The position numbers were made by a program, and so were the translations under genes. Positions 1 through 9,721 of a stretch of 64,000 nt of DNA are shown here, one piece after another. The notes beneath the pieces are model-generated. The model saw only the letters and a list, made by a program, of their open reading frames with translations, did no database searches and was not told the origin of the DNA. This DNA is from an uncultured Acidobacteriota bacterium (GTDB lineage Bacteria; Acidobacteriota; Vicinamibacteria; Fen-336), in the NCBI GenBank assembly GCA_963720545.1, contig OY970399.1, positions 3,200,001 through 3,264,000 of the forward strand, read 5' to 3'. Each line of letters opens with the position of its first letter. Position 1 is the first letter of the stretch.

Positions 1-1
1 G

Positions 2-715
2 TCGATCGCCGCCCACTCGCACTGCGACCAGCTGTCCGTGCTGCTGCGGGTGTCCGGCCAGGACCTGCTGACGGACGGCGGCACCTGCGTCTATCACACC
101 GAAGAAAAATGGCGCCGCTACTTCAAGGGCACCACGGCGCACAACACGGTGCGCGTGGACGAACGGGACCAGGCCGAGTATGCCGGTGCCTTCCTCTGGG
201 CGACTCACGCCGAAGGCCGGCTCGATCCGCCGCGTGAAATGGGCGGGAGCTTCGAGATCGTCGGCCGCCACGACGGCTACCGGCGCCTCGCCGACCCAGT
301 GAGCCACCAGCGCAACGTTTCGTGGCGTGCGGGAGTCGGCTACCGCATCGTGGACGTCCTCACCGGAGAGAAGCCGCACCGTTTCGAGCTCGTCTGGAAC
401 GTCGGCAGCGCCTTCACGGCGCATCGCGTCGAGCTGCCGGTGGATCGAGTGGCGGCGGCGTGGCGCATCGATGGCTCCGCGGGTCCGGTGGCGCACGTGG
501 TGGTGATCGCGGCACGCCGTACTGGCGCAAGCCAGTACCACGGTGACACGGAGCGGCCGGCCGGCTTCGAGTCGCGCGCCTACCTCGAGAAGACGCCGTG
601 CGACCAGCTGGTGGTGAGCGCCGCCGGCGACGCTTCCTGGACGGCGGCCACCTACGTCGTTTTTGGTGGCGAGCTGCCGGACATGCGATCCCTCGAGGGG
701 CGGTGGGACAGCTAG
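2..715 (+). CDS. Heparinase II/III-family protein, C-terminal part (5'-truncated by window edge)
   Basis: Frame open from base 2: SIAAHSHCDQLS...TDGGTCVY...YFKGTTAHNTVRVDERDQ, matching the H-x-H-x-D and AHNT motifs of heparinase II/III-like proteins of EPS loci. Confidence 0.8.
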   Translation, partial: SIAAHSHCDQLSVLLRVSGQDLLTDGGTCVYHTEEKWRRYFKGTTAHNTVRVDERDQAEYAGAFLWATHAEGRLDPPREMGGSFEIVGRHDGYRRLADPVSHQRNVSWRAGVGYRIVDVLTGEKPHRFELVWNVGSAFTAHRVELPVDRVAAAWRIDGSAGPVAHVVVIAARRTGASQYHGDTERPAGFESRAYLEKTPCDQLVVSAAGDASWTAATYVVFGGELPDMRSLEGRWDS

Positions 716-718
716 TTC

Positions 719-2614
719 ATGTGCGGCATCACGGGGTTCTTCAACTTCAAGAGCGGCGCGGCGGCGCCCGACCAGGACGTACTCGCGCGCATGATGACAG
801 CGATCGCGCACCGCGGGCCCGACGACGAGGGCATGCTGATCGACCGCTCGGTCGCGCTCGGCTTCAGGCGCCTCGCGATCATCGACCTGAGCGGCGGCCA
901 CCAGCCGATGGCGAGCGACTGCGGCCGCTACACGCTGATCTTCAACGGCGAGATCTACAACTACCAGGACGTGCGCGCCGAGCTGGTCCGCAGCCACGGT
1001 GTGTCGTTCCGGACCAATTCCGACAGCGAGGTCATCCTCAACGCGTACCGGCAGTGGGGCGCAGCGGCGGTCGAGCGCTTCAACGGCATGTTCGGCTTCG
1101 CCATCTGGGATCACCGCGACGAGACGCTGTTCCTGGCCCGCGACCGCTTCGGCAAGAAGCCGGTCTTCTACGTGCGCACGCCCGAGGGCTTCTGCTTCGC
1201 CTCTGAAGTGAAGTCGCTGTTGCAGCACCCGCGGGTCAGCGCCGCCGTGGACGTGGAGCGCCTGCCGGCATTTCTCGCCTATCGCTACGTGCCCGGCGAC
1301 GAGACGCTGTTCCGCGACGTCCAGTGCCTGCCCCCCGCCTCGCACCTCACCGTGTCGATGCGCGCGGGTTTAGGCGAGCCGGTGCGCTACTGGGACTACT
1401 CGTTCGCGGAGCCGTCGCCGGAACCTTCGGTTGGCGAATCGCTCGAGAAGCTCGGCACGCTCGTCAAGGACTCCGTGCGCCTGCGCATGATCGCCGACGT
1501 GCCGGTTGGCGCCTTCCTCTCCGGCGGGCTCGACTCGTCGATAACGGTCGCGCTGATGGCGAAGATCCATCCCGAGCGGCTCAAGACCTTCTCGATCGGC
1601 TTCGACACCGGTTTCAGCGAGGAAGGCTACGCGCGCATCGTCGCGAAGCAGTTCGACACCGACCACCACGAGATCATCGTCTCGTCGCAGGATCTCATCG
1701 CGCACATGCCGGCGGTGCTGCACGCGCGCGAGACGCCGATCACCGAAGCGTCCGACATCCCCATCTCGCTGCTCGCCCGGCTCGCGCGCCAGAAGGTCAC
1801 CGTGGTGCTTTCGGGCGAGGGCAGCGACGAGATCTTCGCCGGCTATCCCAAGTACGCGTTCGAGCGGCGCTTCGGCGCTGCGCTGCGGCTCGTGCCCGGT
1901 GCGGCGCTGCGGGGTGCGGCGGGAACGCTGCCCTTCTCGCTGCGCCGCGCGCAACTCGCGCTCGAGTGCCTGGCGCAGCGCGACCGCTTCGAGGGCTACG
2001 CCGGCTGGTTCGGCGCCTTCGGCCCGGAAGCGCGCGAGCGGCTGCGCGGCCCGAACTTGCCGCAGGCCGACCCGCACGCCTTCGCCCGCGCCGCCGTCGC
2101 CGGCCACACGTTCCCGGGGCGGGTTGACGAGATGCTCTACCTCGACACCCGCCACTGGCTGCCCGCGAACCTGCTGCTGCGCGGCGACCGCATGGCGATG
2201 GCGCATTCGCTCGAGCTGCGGTGTCCCTTTCTCGACTACCGCCTCGCCGAGTTCGCCGCGCGCGAGATGCCGACGTCGCAGAAGATCCGCGGCAGCCGCG
2301 GCAAGTGGCTGCTGCAGCAGTGGGCGAAGACCTTCCTGCCGGCGGAGATCTTCGAACGGCCGAAGTGGGGGTTCAAGGTGCCGCTCTACGCGTGGTTCCG
2401 CGGCCCGCTCGCGAAGGTGTTCCGCGACGTGATGTTCTCGCCCGCGGCGCGCGCCCGCGGCTACTTCAACGAAGCCGAACTGCGGCGCCTCATCGACCAG
2501 CACGAGAGCGGCAGGATCAACCTCGAGAAGCAGCTGTGGATCCTGTTCCAGCTGGAGCTGTGGCACCTGATGTACGTCGATCACACGCTCCAGGCGACCG
2601 ACTCGCTGGCCTGA
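719..2614 (+). CDS. asnB: Asparagine synthase (glutamine-hydrolysing) / amidotransferase
   Basis: N-terminal MCGI Ntn nucleophile, HRGPD, FNGEIYN, LARDRFGKKP, FLSGGLDSS, LSGEGSDE motifs. Confidence 0.95.
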   Translation: MCGITGFFNFKSGAAAPDQDVLARMMTAIAHRGPDDEGMLIDRSVALGFRRLAIIDLSGGHQPMASDCGRYTLIFNGEIYNYQDVRAELVRSHGVSFRTNSDSEVILNAYRQWGAAAVERFNGMFGFAIWDHRDETLFLARDRFGKKPVFYVRTPEGFCFASEVKSLLQHPRVSAAVDVERLPAFLAYRYVPGDETLFRDVQCLPPASHLTVSMRAGLGEPVRYWDYSFAEPSPEPSVGESLEKLGTLVKDSVRLRMIADVPVGAFLSGGLDSSITVALMAKIHPERLKTFSIGFDTGFSEEGYARIVAKQFDTDHHEIIVSSQDLIAHMPAVLHARETPITEASDIPISLLARLARQKVTVVLSGEGSDEIFAGYPKYAFERRFGAALRLVPGAALRGAAGTLPFSLRRAQLALECLAQRDRFEGYAGWFGAFGPEARERLRGPNLPQADPHAFARAAVAGHTFPGRVDEMLYLDTRHWLPANLLLRGDRMAMAHSLELRCPFLDYRLAEFAAREMPTSQKIRGSRGKWLLQQWAKTFLPAEIFERPKWGFKVPLYAWFRGPLAKVFRDVMFSPAARARGYFNEAELRRLIDQHESGRINLEKQLWILFQLELWHLMYVDHTLQATDSLA

Positions 2615-2628
2615 TACACTTCCGCGGC

Positions 2629-2979
2629 GTGCACGCCTTCATCACCGGGATCGCCATCAGGATCGGGCAATATTTCTGGCACCGCAAGCTGCTCATGGCA
2701 GCGAGCGCCATCCTGTTGGTCGAGCTGTTCCTGCGCTACGTCCTGCCGCGCTCGCGGGCGTATTCACTGTGGACCCGGGCTTTCCAGGCGGTCGGCAAGG
2801 TATGGACGGTGGTGCTTCTCTCCATCATCTATCTGTTGTCAGTCGGCCCCATCGCCGTGGTCATGCGTCTCCTGGGCAAGGACATGCTCGACAAGCGGGT
2901 CGAGACGGAACCGTCGTTCTGGCGTCATCACGAACCAGGTCCGTTGCCGCCGGCGGCCGCCGCGCGACACCAGTTCTGA
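2629..2979 (+). CDS. SxtJ-family small membrane protein
   Basis: GTG at 2629 in frame with ORF 2221..2979; hydrophobic segments, LLGKDML..SFW and terminal QF; directly upstream of a carbamoyltransferase. Confidence 0.7.
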   Translation: MHAFITGIAIRIGQYFWHRKLLMAASAILLVELFLRYVLPRSRAYSLWTRAFQAVGKVWTVVLLSIIYLLSVGPIAVVMRLLGKDMLDKRVETEPSFWRHHEPGPLPPAAAARHQF

Positions 2980-2985
2980 GGTGAA

Positions 2986-4731
2986 GTGATGAACGTGCTG
3001 GGGATTTCCTGCTTCTATCACGACGCCGCCGCGGCCCTCCTTCGCGATGGTGAGGTCGTGGCCGCCGCCCAGGAGGAGCGCTTTACCCGCAAGCGCCACG
3101 ACGCCGATTTTCCGATGAATGCCGTGAAATACGTGCTGCGTGAGGGCGGCATCACCGTCGACCAGATCGACTCGGTCGGGTTCTACGACAAGCCGATCCT
3201 GAAGTTCGAACGCATGCTGACGACCTACGTCGCGACTTTCCCGCGCTCGTTCGGTTCCTTCCGCAAGGCCCTGCCGGTCTGGGTCCACGAGAAGCTGTGG
3301 ACACCGTCGGTGATCCGCAAGAAGCTCGCGCCATACAAGGGCCCGATCCTGTTCGCCGAGCACCACATGAGCCATGCGGCATCGGCGTTCCTGGTTTCGC
3401 CGTTCGAGGAGGCCGCGATTCTCACCGTCGACGGCGTCGGCGAGTGGGCGACCTCATCGTTCGGCGTGGGCCACGGCACCGACATCAAGCTGCACGAGGA
3501 GATTCGCTTCCCGCACAGTCTCGGCCTGCTCTACAGCGCCTTCACCTACTACCTCGGCTTCAAGGTCAACAGCGCCGAGTACAAGGTGATGGGTCTGGCA
3601 CCGTACGGCAAGCCGGTGCACTTCGACCGGATCATGAAGGAGATGGTCCACCTGCAGCCGGACGGTTCTTTCAAGCTCGACATGAAGTACTTTGCGTACG
3701 ACTACGGCCTGCGCATGACCAGCGGCGCCTTCGACGAGTTCTTCGGCGGGCCGCCGCGCGTTGGCGAATCGCGGATGAACGAGCGCGAGTTCGACATCGC
3801 CGCCTCGGTGCAGAAGGTCTGCGAAGAAGTGGTGCTGCAGATGGTGCGCCACCTCCACCAGACCACCGCGCTCACCGACTTGTGCATGGCCGGCGGCGTG
3901 GCGCTCAATTGCGTGGCCAACGGCAGGGTGATCCGCGAGACGCCGATCAAGCGGTTGTTCGTGCAGCCCGCCGCGGGCGATGCCGGCGGCGCGGTCGGGG
4001 TGGCGCACTACATCTACAACACCCTCGAGAAGAAGCCGCGCGGCAAGGCGTGGACGCACTCTTACCTTGGACCCGAGTACAAGGATGCCGAGATCACCGA
4101 GTACCTGCAAAGCGTCGGCGCCAGCTACGAAACCCTGTCGGACGCCGAACTGGTGCAGAAGACCGCCAGGCTGATGTCGGAAGGCAGCGTGGTCGGCTGG
4201 TTCCAGGGCCGCATGGAATTCGGACCGCGGGCCCTCGGCGGTCGCAGCATCCTCGCGGATCCGCGCGACCCGAAGATGCGCGACACGCTCAACATGAAGA
4301 TCAAGTTCCGCGAGGGTTTTCGCCCGTTCGCGCCGTCGGTGCTCGCAGAGAAATCGAGCGAATGGTTCGAGATGGATTGCGACAGCCCGTTCATGCTGCT
4401 GGTGGCGCCGGTGCGCGAAGGCAAGCGCGTGATCCCGGCGGTCACCCACGTCGACCATTCCGCGCGCGTCCAGACCGTGACTCGCGAGGACAGCCCGCTG
4501 TATTTCGCCCTGATCGAGGAATTCGGCCGGCTGACCGGGGTGCCGATCGTCATCAACACGTCCTTCAACGTGCGCGGCGAGCCGATCGTATGCACCCCGC
4601 ACGATGCCTACATGTGCTTCATGCGCACCAACATGGATATCCTGGTGGTCGGCCATCAGTTGTTGCTGAAGCCGAACCAGCCGCCGCTGAAGGAAGACAT
4701 CGACTGGCGAGCGCTGTTCCCGCTCGACTAG
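2986..4731 (+). CDS. Carbamoyltransferase (CmcH/NodU family)
   Basis: [67 protein letters not shown] motifs. Confidence 0.95.
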   Translation: MMNVLGISCFYHDAAAALLRDGEVVAAAQEERFTRKRHDADFPMNAVKYVLREGGITVDQIDSVGFYDKPILKFERMLTTYVATFPRSFGSFRKALPVWVHEKLWTPSVIRKKLAPYKGPILFAEHHMSHAASAFLVSPFEEAAILTVDGVGEWATSSFGVGHGTDIKLHEEIRFPHSLGLLYSAFTYYLGFKVNSAEYKVMGLAPYGKPVHFDRIMKEMVHLQPDGSFKLDMKYFAYDYGLRMTSGAFDEFFGGPPRVGESRMNEREFDIAASVQKVCEEVVLQMVRHLHQTTALTDLCMAGGVALNCVANGRVIRETPIKRLFVQPAAGDAGGAVGVAHYIYNTLEKKPRGKAWTHSYLGPEYKDAEITEYLQSVGASYETLSDAELVQKTARLMSEGSVVGWFQGRMEFGPRALGGRSILADPRDPKMRDTLNMKIKFREGFRPFAPSVLAEKSSEWFEMDCDSPFMLLVAPVREGKRVIPAVTHVDHSARVQTVTREDSPLYFALIEEFGRLTGVPIVINTSFNVRGEPIVCTPHDAYMCFMRTNMDILVVGHQLLLKPNQPPLKEDIDWRALFPLD

Positions 4732-4746
4732 GCGGCACTACCCCGG

Positions 4747-5898
4747 CTAGCGCGCCGCGGCGCGCTCGAGAGCGCGCCGATACACCTCGAGGGTGCGCGC
4801 CGCCACCACCGCCGGATGGAAGCGCTCGGCGGCGATGCGCCGCCCGGCGGCGCTCATCGCGGCGGCGAGCGGTGGTTGTGAGAGCACTGCCTCGAGGCGC
4901 GCCGCCACGTCCGCCGGGTCATGCGGATCGACGAGAAAGCCCGACTCGCCGTCGCGCACCATGTACGGCATGCCGCAGCGATTCGAGGTGACCACCGGGA
5001 TCGCGGCGGCCATCGCCTCCTCGATGCCCATCGGCGAGTTCTCCTCGAGCGAGGTCAGTGCGAAGACGGCGGCAGTCTCGAGTTCCGCGCGCACCTGTTC
5101 GTAGGGGATGAGGCCGAGGCGCACCACCGAGTCCTGCAGCCCGTGCGCTGCGACCGCGGCTTCCAGTTCCCGGCCGTACTGCGCGTGCGCCACCTTGCCA
5201 GCGAGCCGCAGCTGTGCCGCGATGCCGCGCTCGCGCAGGCGCTGCAACGCCTGCACCAGCACCAGGGTGTTCTTGCGCGGCGAGATCTCTGCGGCGCAGA
5301 AGATCCGGCCGGGAACCACGCGCCTTGCGACCGTGAAGAAGTCCTCGCGGATCGGGTTGTCGATGTCGTGGACGATCGCGCCGGTGCGCCCCGTGAGGAA
5401 CTCGCGGACGTACGGGCTGATCGAGACGATGTGCTGCTTGTCGGCCCAGCCGCGCACCTCGAACGGCTTCCAGACCTGGGCGCGCAGCCACGGCAGCTTG
5501 TTGCCCGAGACCAGCGTGTCCTTGTGGATGAAGCCGTGGACGGTGAACACCCGCGGTGCCGGAAGCGGCAGGCCGTTCACCATCATCCCGTAGGTGTCGT
5601 GCGCGTGCACCAGGTCGGGCTTCAGTTCGAGCAGGCGTGCGCTTACCTGGCGGCGGCCGGGGCCGATGGCGTTGCGCAGCACCGAGACGCGCGGCTGCGG
5701 CAGGCGGTGGATGGTGACGCCCTGCCACGCAGCCTCCTGCGGCGACTCGACCGACGGATCCTGGGTCACCACATGCCAGTCGATCTGCGGCGCGGCGCGG
5801 GCGAGATACTCGACCAGCGTGACGCTCACCGACTGCACGCCGCCGGACGGCCGCCCGGGATCGGCGGGGAAGCTGGTGACGACGGCGATGCGGGTCAC
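4747..5898 (-). CDS. Glycosyltransferase family 4
   Basis: Start GTG 5898 (VTRIAVVTS); HAHD, FTVHG, EENSPMGIEEAMAA (Ex7E) motif; overlaps upstream GT stop by 4 nt. Confidence 0.9.
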   Translation of the reverse strand: MTRIAVVTSFPADPGRPSGGVQSVSVTLVEYLARAAPQIDWHVVTQDPSVESPQEAAWQGVTIHRLPQPRVSVLRNAIGPGRRQVSARLLELKPDLVHAHDTYGMMVNGLPLPAPRVFTVHGFIHKDTLVSGNKLPWLRAQVWKPFEVRGWADKQHIVSISPYVREFLTGRTGAIVHDIDNPIREDFFTVARRVVPGRIFCAAEISPRKNTLVLVQALQRLRERGIAAQLRLAGKVAHAQYGRELEAAVAAHGLQDSVVRLGLIPYEQVRAELETAAVFALTSLEENSPMGIEEAMAAAIPVVTSNRCGMPYMVRDGESGFLVDPHDPADVAARLEAVLSQPPLAAAMSAAGRRIAAERFHPAVVAARTLEVYRRALERAAAR

Positions 5899-7073
5899 GG
5901 ATGCCCGTGCTTTTTGGGCGTTGCCTGGCGGAAAACCTGCTCGAATCGCGGCATCACACTTTCGAAGGCGTGATTCTCCACGAAATAGCGGCGCGCGTTC
6001 TGCGAGGCCTGCGCCCACGCGGTGGGCGCGCCCAGCAGCCGCCGCAGCGCCGCCGCGAGCCCCGCGGCGTCGCTCGCGAACTCGCCCAGGGAGCGCGCGG
6101 CGATCAGGCCGTCGGGGTCCACGGTCGAGACGATCGGCAGGCCATGGCTCCACGCTTCGAGGAACGTGTTGGGGAAGCCCTCGAACTCGGACGTGCAGCA
6201 AAGCGCCTGGCGGCCCTGGTAGAAGTCGTCGAGCTGGTGGCGCCGCAGCCGGCCGACCACGGTCACGTTTGCGGCCGCGGCGGCGCGCTCGCGCAGCGCG
6301 GCCGAGTAGGCGCTGTCCTGGTCCCACGGTCCGGCGACGTCGAACTCGATCTCGGGGACGAGCGCCGCCACCTCGAGCAGCAACTCGAGGCGTTTCACCG
6401 GCGCCACCCGGCCGATCCACGCGACCCGGACCCTGCCGGCGTGCGGCGGCGCGGGCGGCACGTACGCGGCATCATCCGGCCCCTCGCACGGCATCGGGAT
6501 CATGATCGATTCGCGTGCGAACCCGTCGCGCAGCATCTGCTGCTGGCGGCGCGTCTGCACCACGACTTGATTCGCGCGGCGCAGGCCGTGGCGATAGAGG
6601 ACGCGCTCGCGCACCGTGCGCAGCGCGGGCAGCGCCGGATCGCAGTCGGGATCGCTCGCGACAGAATAGACGAAGCCGCGGCCGTTGCGTCGCGTCCAGA
6701 ACGCCACCTGCCCGGTGACGTACTCGGCCGTGTTCTGGTAGTACACGGCGGCGTTGGCGCGGCGCATGGCCGCGACCAGGCTGGTCCAGCGCGGCGAGAA
6801 GAAACGCATTCCCGGCAGGCCGGCGCCGCGGCGGCAGGCGGACAGGACGCGCACCGAGTCGAGCGGCTTGCCGTCCTCGTGGCCTTCGTCCCAGGTGATC
6901 ATCGAGACATCGTGGCCGCGGCGGGCCAGCCAGCGCGCCATGATGCTCTGCTGGTGCTCGATGCCGCCGATGTAGCCCTGCTGCTCGCCGCTCATGGCGC
7001 CGAACGCGTTGTGCGCCACGAAACAGACCGACAGGGGCGGCAACGGCGATGGCGACGACGAGTCCGGCGCCAT
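5895..7073 (-). CDS. Glycosyltransferase family 4
   Basis: GGIEHQ, WIGRVAPVKR, EGFPNTFLEAWSHGLP GT-B motifs. Confidence 0.9.
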   Translation of the reverse strand: MAPDSSSPSPLPPLSVCFVAHNAFGAMSGEQQGYIGGIEHQQSIMARWLARRGHDVSMITWDEGHEDGKPLDSVRVLSACRRGAGLPGMRFFSPRWTSLVAAMRRANAAVYYQNTAEYVTGQVAFWTRRNGRGFVYSVASDPDCDPALPALRTVRERVLYRHGLRRANQVVVQTRRQQQMLRDGFARESIMIPMPCEGPDDAAYVPPAPPHAGRVRVAWIGRVAPVKRLELLLEVAALVPEIEFDVAGPWDQDSAYSAALRERAAAAANVTVVGRLRRHQLDDFYQGRQALCCTSEFEGFPNTFLEAWSHGLPIVSTVDPDGLIAARSLGEFASDAAGLAAALRRLLGAPTAWAQASQNARRYFVENHAFESVMPRFEQVFRQATPKKHGHP

Positions 7074-7085
7074 CGTCGCCGGGAT

Positions 7086-8402
7086 CTAGCGCCGGATGTC
7101 CAGGCCGTACAGGCTCTGGAACGCGGCGTACACGGTTTCCGCCGCGACGCTGGTGATGGTGACGCCGCCCTCGGTCTGCGCCGAGCTGACCGCCTGGCTG
7201 TTCGACTTGTTGCCGGACAGCTCGAGCCGCGCGATGCGGACTGCGTGCAGCGGGTCGAGCGCGCCGCCCGAGATCTCGTTGTCCACCAGGAACCAGTCCT
7301 CGCCGCCAGTGATGTAGATGGACGAGCACTCCCACACGGCGCCGTCGCCGCAGGCCCGCCGCGGCCCGGTCATGTTGCTGATCTGGTTGCGGACCGCATA
7401 CGACTTGCGGTCGCGCGCCTCGCCGCCGAGGTCGCCGCCCGCGAAGATGCCGATGGTGCAGTCGTGCAGGTTGTTGGCGAGGAACCAGACGTTCTCGCTG
7501 CCGTACTGGTAGCCGACGCATGGGCCGGGATTGAACGAGGCGGCGGAGTTGCCGAACACCTCGTTCTCGGAAACGATGATGTCCTTGCCCATCTTGATGC
7601 CGATGCCGCTCTGGTTGGTGGGACCGATCTTGTTCTTGCCGATGTACACGGAGCTGATGGTGCCGCGCCCGCTTTCGTAGGGGTAGGGGTTCACCTGCAC
7701 GCCGTCGCCGCTGTTGCGGTACGCCTCGTTCTCCAGGATCCAGACCCGCCGCGAGCCCTGGCCGGGCGAGATCGCGTGCGCGTCCTGGTCGAAGCGCGCG
7801 TGGGTGTCGCCGCGGTCGTGCACCTTGTTCCTGTAGATGACGATGTCCGAAGCGTCGCCGATGCCGATGCCGGCGCTGGCACCCTGCTGCGAGTACGGGC
7901 CGGAGATGTCGGAGTTGCGCAGCGCGATGTGGTCGCCGGTGAGGCCGATCGTCGCTTCTTCGCCTGCGAACACCAGGCCGTCGAGGATGCACCAGCTGCC
8001 GCGCACCAGCCAGGAGCCGGTGATGCGGTGCCCCTCGCCGCCGACGATGAAAGCGGGCGCGGCCTGGGTGCCGGCGCAATGGATCTCTTCCTCGCCGTGG
8101 GTGCCGCGCACTTCGACGACGGCGCCGGGCCCGACGTTTTGCAGCGCCTCCGGCCCGTCGGCGAACGCGGTGGCGGCGCCGTGGGTCTCCTTCAGGCCAA
8201 GCGGCGGGTCCGGGATGCCGAGGTACTGTCCGCGCACGCCCAGAGAGCCGGTGGCGGATCCGCCGCCCGGCGCGTCCGCGTCGCCGCCGTCGTTCGTGTC
8301 GCTCGCCCCGCAGGCGGACGCGCACAGGCACATGGCCAGGACGACAAGCACTCTTGCAAGGCCCGGAGGCATCTCGAACTTGAACATGACCGTCACCGTC
8401 AA
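7086..8402 (-). CDS. Exported (probable lipoprotein) right-handed parallel beta-helix protein
   Basis: Hydrophobic leader ending in LCASAC (lipobox-like); repeated Asn-ladder strands (IVIYRNKVHD, WILENEAYRN, IIVSENEV, WFLANNLHD); exact start uncertain (8402/8387). Confidence 0.7.
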   Translation of the reverse strand: MTVTVMFKFEMPPGLARVLVVLAMCLCASACGASDTNDGGDADAPGGGSATGSLGVRGQYLGIPDPPLGLKETHGAATAFADGPEALQNVGPGAVVEVRGTHGEEEIHCAGTQAAPAFIVGGEGHRITGSWLVRGSWCILDGLVFAGEEATIGLTGDHIALRNSDISGPYSQQGASAGIGIGDASDIVIYRNKVHDRGDTHARFDQDAHAISPGQGSRRVWILENEAYRNSGDGVQVNPYPYESGRGTISSVYIGKNKIGPTNQSGIGIKMGKDIIVSENEVFGNSAASFNPGPCVGYQYGSENVWFLANNLHDCTIGIFAGGDLGGEARDRKSYAVRNQISNMTGPRRACGDGAVWECSSIYITGGEDWFLVDNEISGGALDPLHAVRIARLELSGNKSNSQAVSSAQTEGGVTITSVAAETVYAAFQSLYGLDIRR

Positions 8403-9367
8403 CGTTCGCCGGGGGCCGGTGCGGCCTCGCTGCTGCGCGCCAGACGTCTTGCGATGCTGGCGCTCACTGCCGCGAACTCGGCCTGCGAAGCGAAGTCCCT
8501 CTCCAGGCGCTGCATGTAGGGCGCCATCTTGCTGCGACGTTCTGCCGAAGAACCGGGGCCGTCCGCGTACATCATCGCGAGGTCGACGACGGTCCAGAAG
8601 TACGAAGGATCCTGGCGCAACGAGAGGAGGTAGAAGTGTTCCGCGGCGTCACGATTCCCCAAGGCATTGTACGCCGCGCCCCGGAGGTAGTCGATGCGTC
8701 CTGGCTTCGCCGGTGACGGCCAGCGCGCCGCAGCGGGCAGGAGCGCGAGGCCCCGTCCGGGCTCGCCGTGCTCGATCAGCCAGTGGGCCGCTTCTGCATC
8801 CGCTTCGCGCCGGTCGCGCAGCCAGCTGGTGCCGAGGGCACCGGCAATGAGGACGCCGGTGAGCAGCGTGCCGGCGAGGCTTCGACCGCGCTCGGCGCCC
8901 GCGGCGCCACGCGGCGTCCGCATGCGCGCGTAGAGCCACGCGGCCAGGGCGAGCGCCGCGAACAGTGCGGTCTCGGCCAGCAGGCCCGCGGGGATCAGGC
9001 CCTGCACCGGGCCGAAGGCGCGCGTCGAGAGCGGCCAGAGCAGCATGCGGTCGCTCGATTGCAGCATGTCGAGCACGTCGTGGAGGGCAATCGAGCCGAG
9101 GGTGATGACGAACGCGGCGCGCCGAGAGACCCCGAGTGCCCGGCGCACCGGGAGGGTGAGCAGAAGCGCGTAAAAAAAACCGCAGGGAAGCGAGTGGCTG
9201 CATGCCCGCGCCGCCGCCACGCCCAGAACAGCCAACACCTGGCTTGCAACATCTGGTGCATACGCCAGGACCGCCAGGGTGAGAAGTGTGAACCGACGTG
9301 TCACCAGACGTTCACCCAGGACCTCCCGGGCCGCAATTGCGGTCAGTCCGTGACCCACTACGGGCAT
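8399..9367 (-). CDS. Membrane-bound metal-dependent hydrolase (YdjM-like) with C-terminal TPR-like region
   Basis: GH...APD...SHSL...LHDVLD...LLWPL motifs; C-terminal helical YLRGAAYNALG..AEHFY..QDP. Confidence 0.7.
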   Translation of the reverse strand: MPVVGHGLTAIAAREVLGERLVTRRFTLLTLAVLAYAPDVASQVLAVLGVAAARACSHSLPCGFFYALLLTLPVRRALGVSRRAAFVITLGSIALHDVLDMLQSSDRMLLWPLSTRAFGPVQGLIPAGLLAETALFAALALAAWLYARMRTPRGAAGAERGRSLAGTLLTGVLIAGALGTSWLRDRREADAEAAHWLIEHGEPGRGLALLPAAARWPSPAKPGRIDYLRGAAYNALGNRDAAEHFYLLSLRQDPSYFWTVVDLAMMYADGPGSSAERRSKMAPYMQRLERDFASQAEFAAVSASIARRLARSSEAAPAPGER

Positions 9368-9369
9368 AC

Positions 9370-9385
9370 AGTGACGGCCCTCACG
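9370..9385. promoter_or_regulatory. Degenerate CRP/Clp-type box AGTGA-N6-TCACG
   Basis: GTGA-N6-TCAC palindrome 3 nt upstream of the start of the minus-strand operon. Confidence 0.3.
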
Positions 9386-9483
9386 CGGCGTTCACACCGC
9401 GTCCGGACGTTACTTTCGGTGACGCAGGTGCTTGTGGCAGATTCGATAAACCCCAGCAGGATCATCGAAATACAGGCAGGCAG

Positions 9484-9499
9484 TGTGACAAGCATCACA
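9484..9499. promoter_or_regulatory. CRP-family consensus site TGTGA-CAAGCA-TCACA
   Basis: Perfect TGTGA-N6-TCACA in the 9368-9721 divergent intergenic region. Confidence 0.6.
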
Positions 9500-9721
9500 G
9501 AACTGTCGTAAGCCCTCACCCACAATGACGGCGCCGACGGTTCAGACGGGCCGCCTGCAATCCATAGAGCAACAGACCGGTCGTTCACGCTGTCTCCAAC
9601 ACGGGGATGCCAGCGATTGAAGCGAAGCGGTGACCCCTCCGGGTGGGAGTTCCTTGTACCGACGTCATCAAGTCTCGAATCTCCTGCGCCGTCAATTAAG
9701 CCGTCAAACCGTGAGTCGCAA

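Noticed and set aside
2629..4731. Saxitoxin pathway (SxtJ + SxtI-like carbamoyltransferase)
   Set aside because: No sxtA/sxtG-like genes; this pair is common in surface-glycan loci
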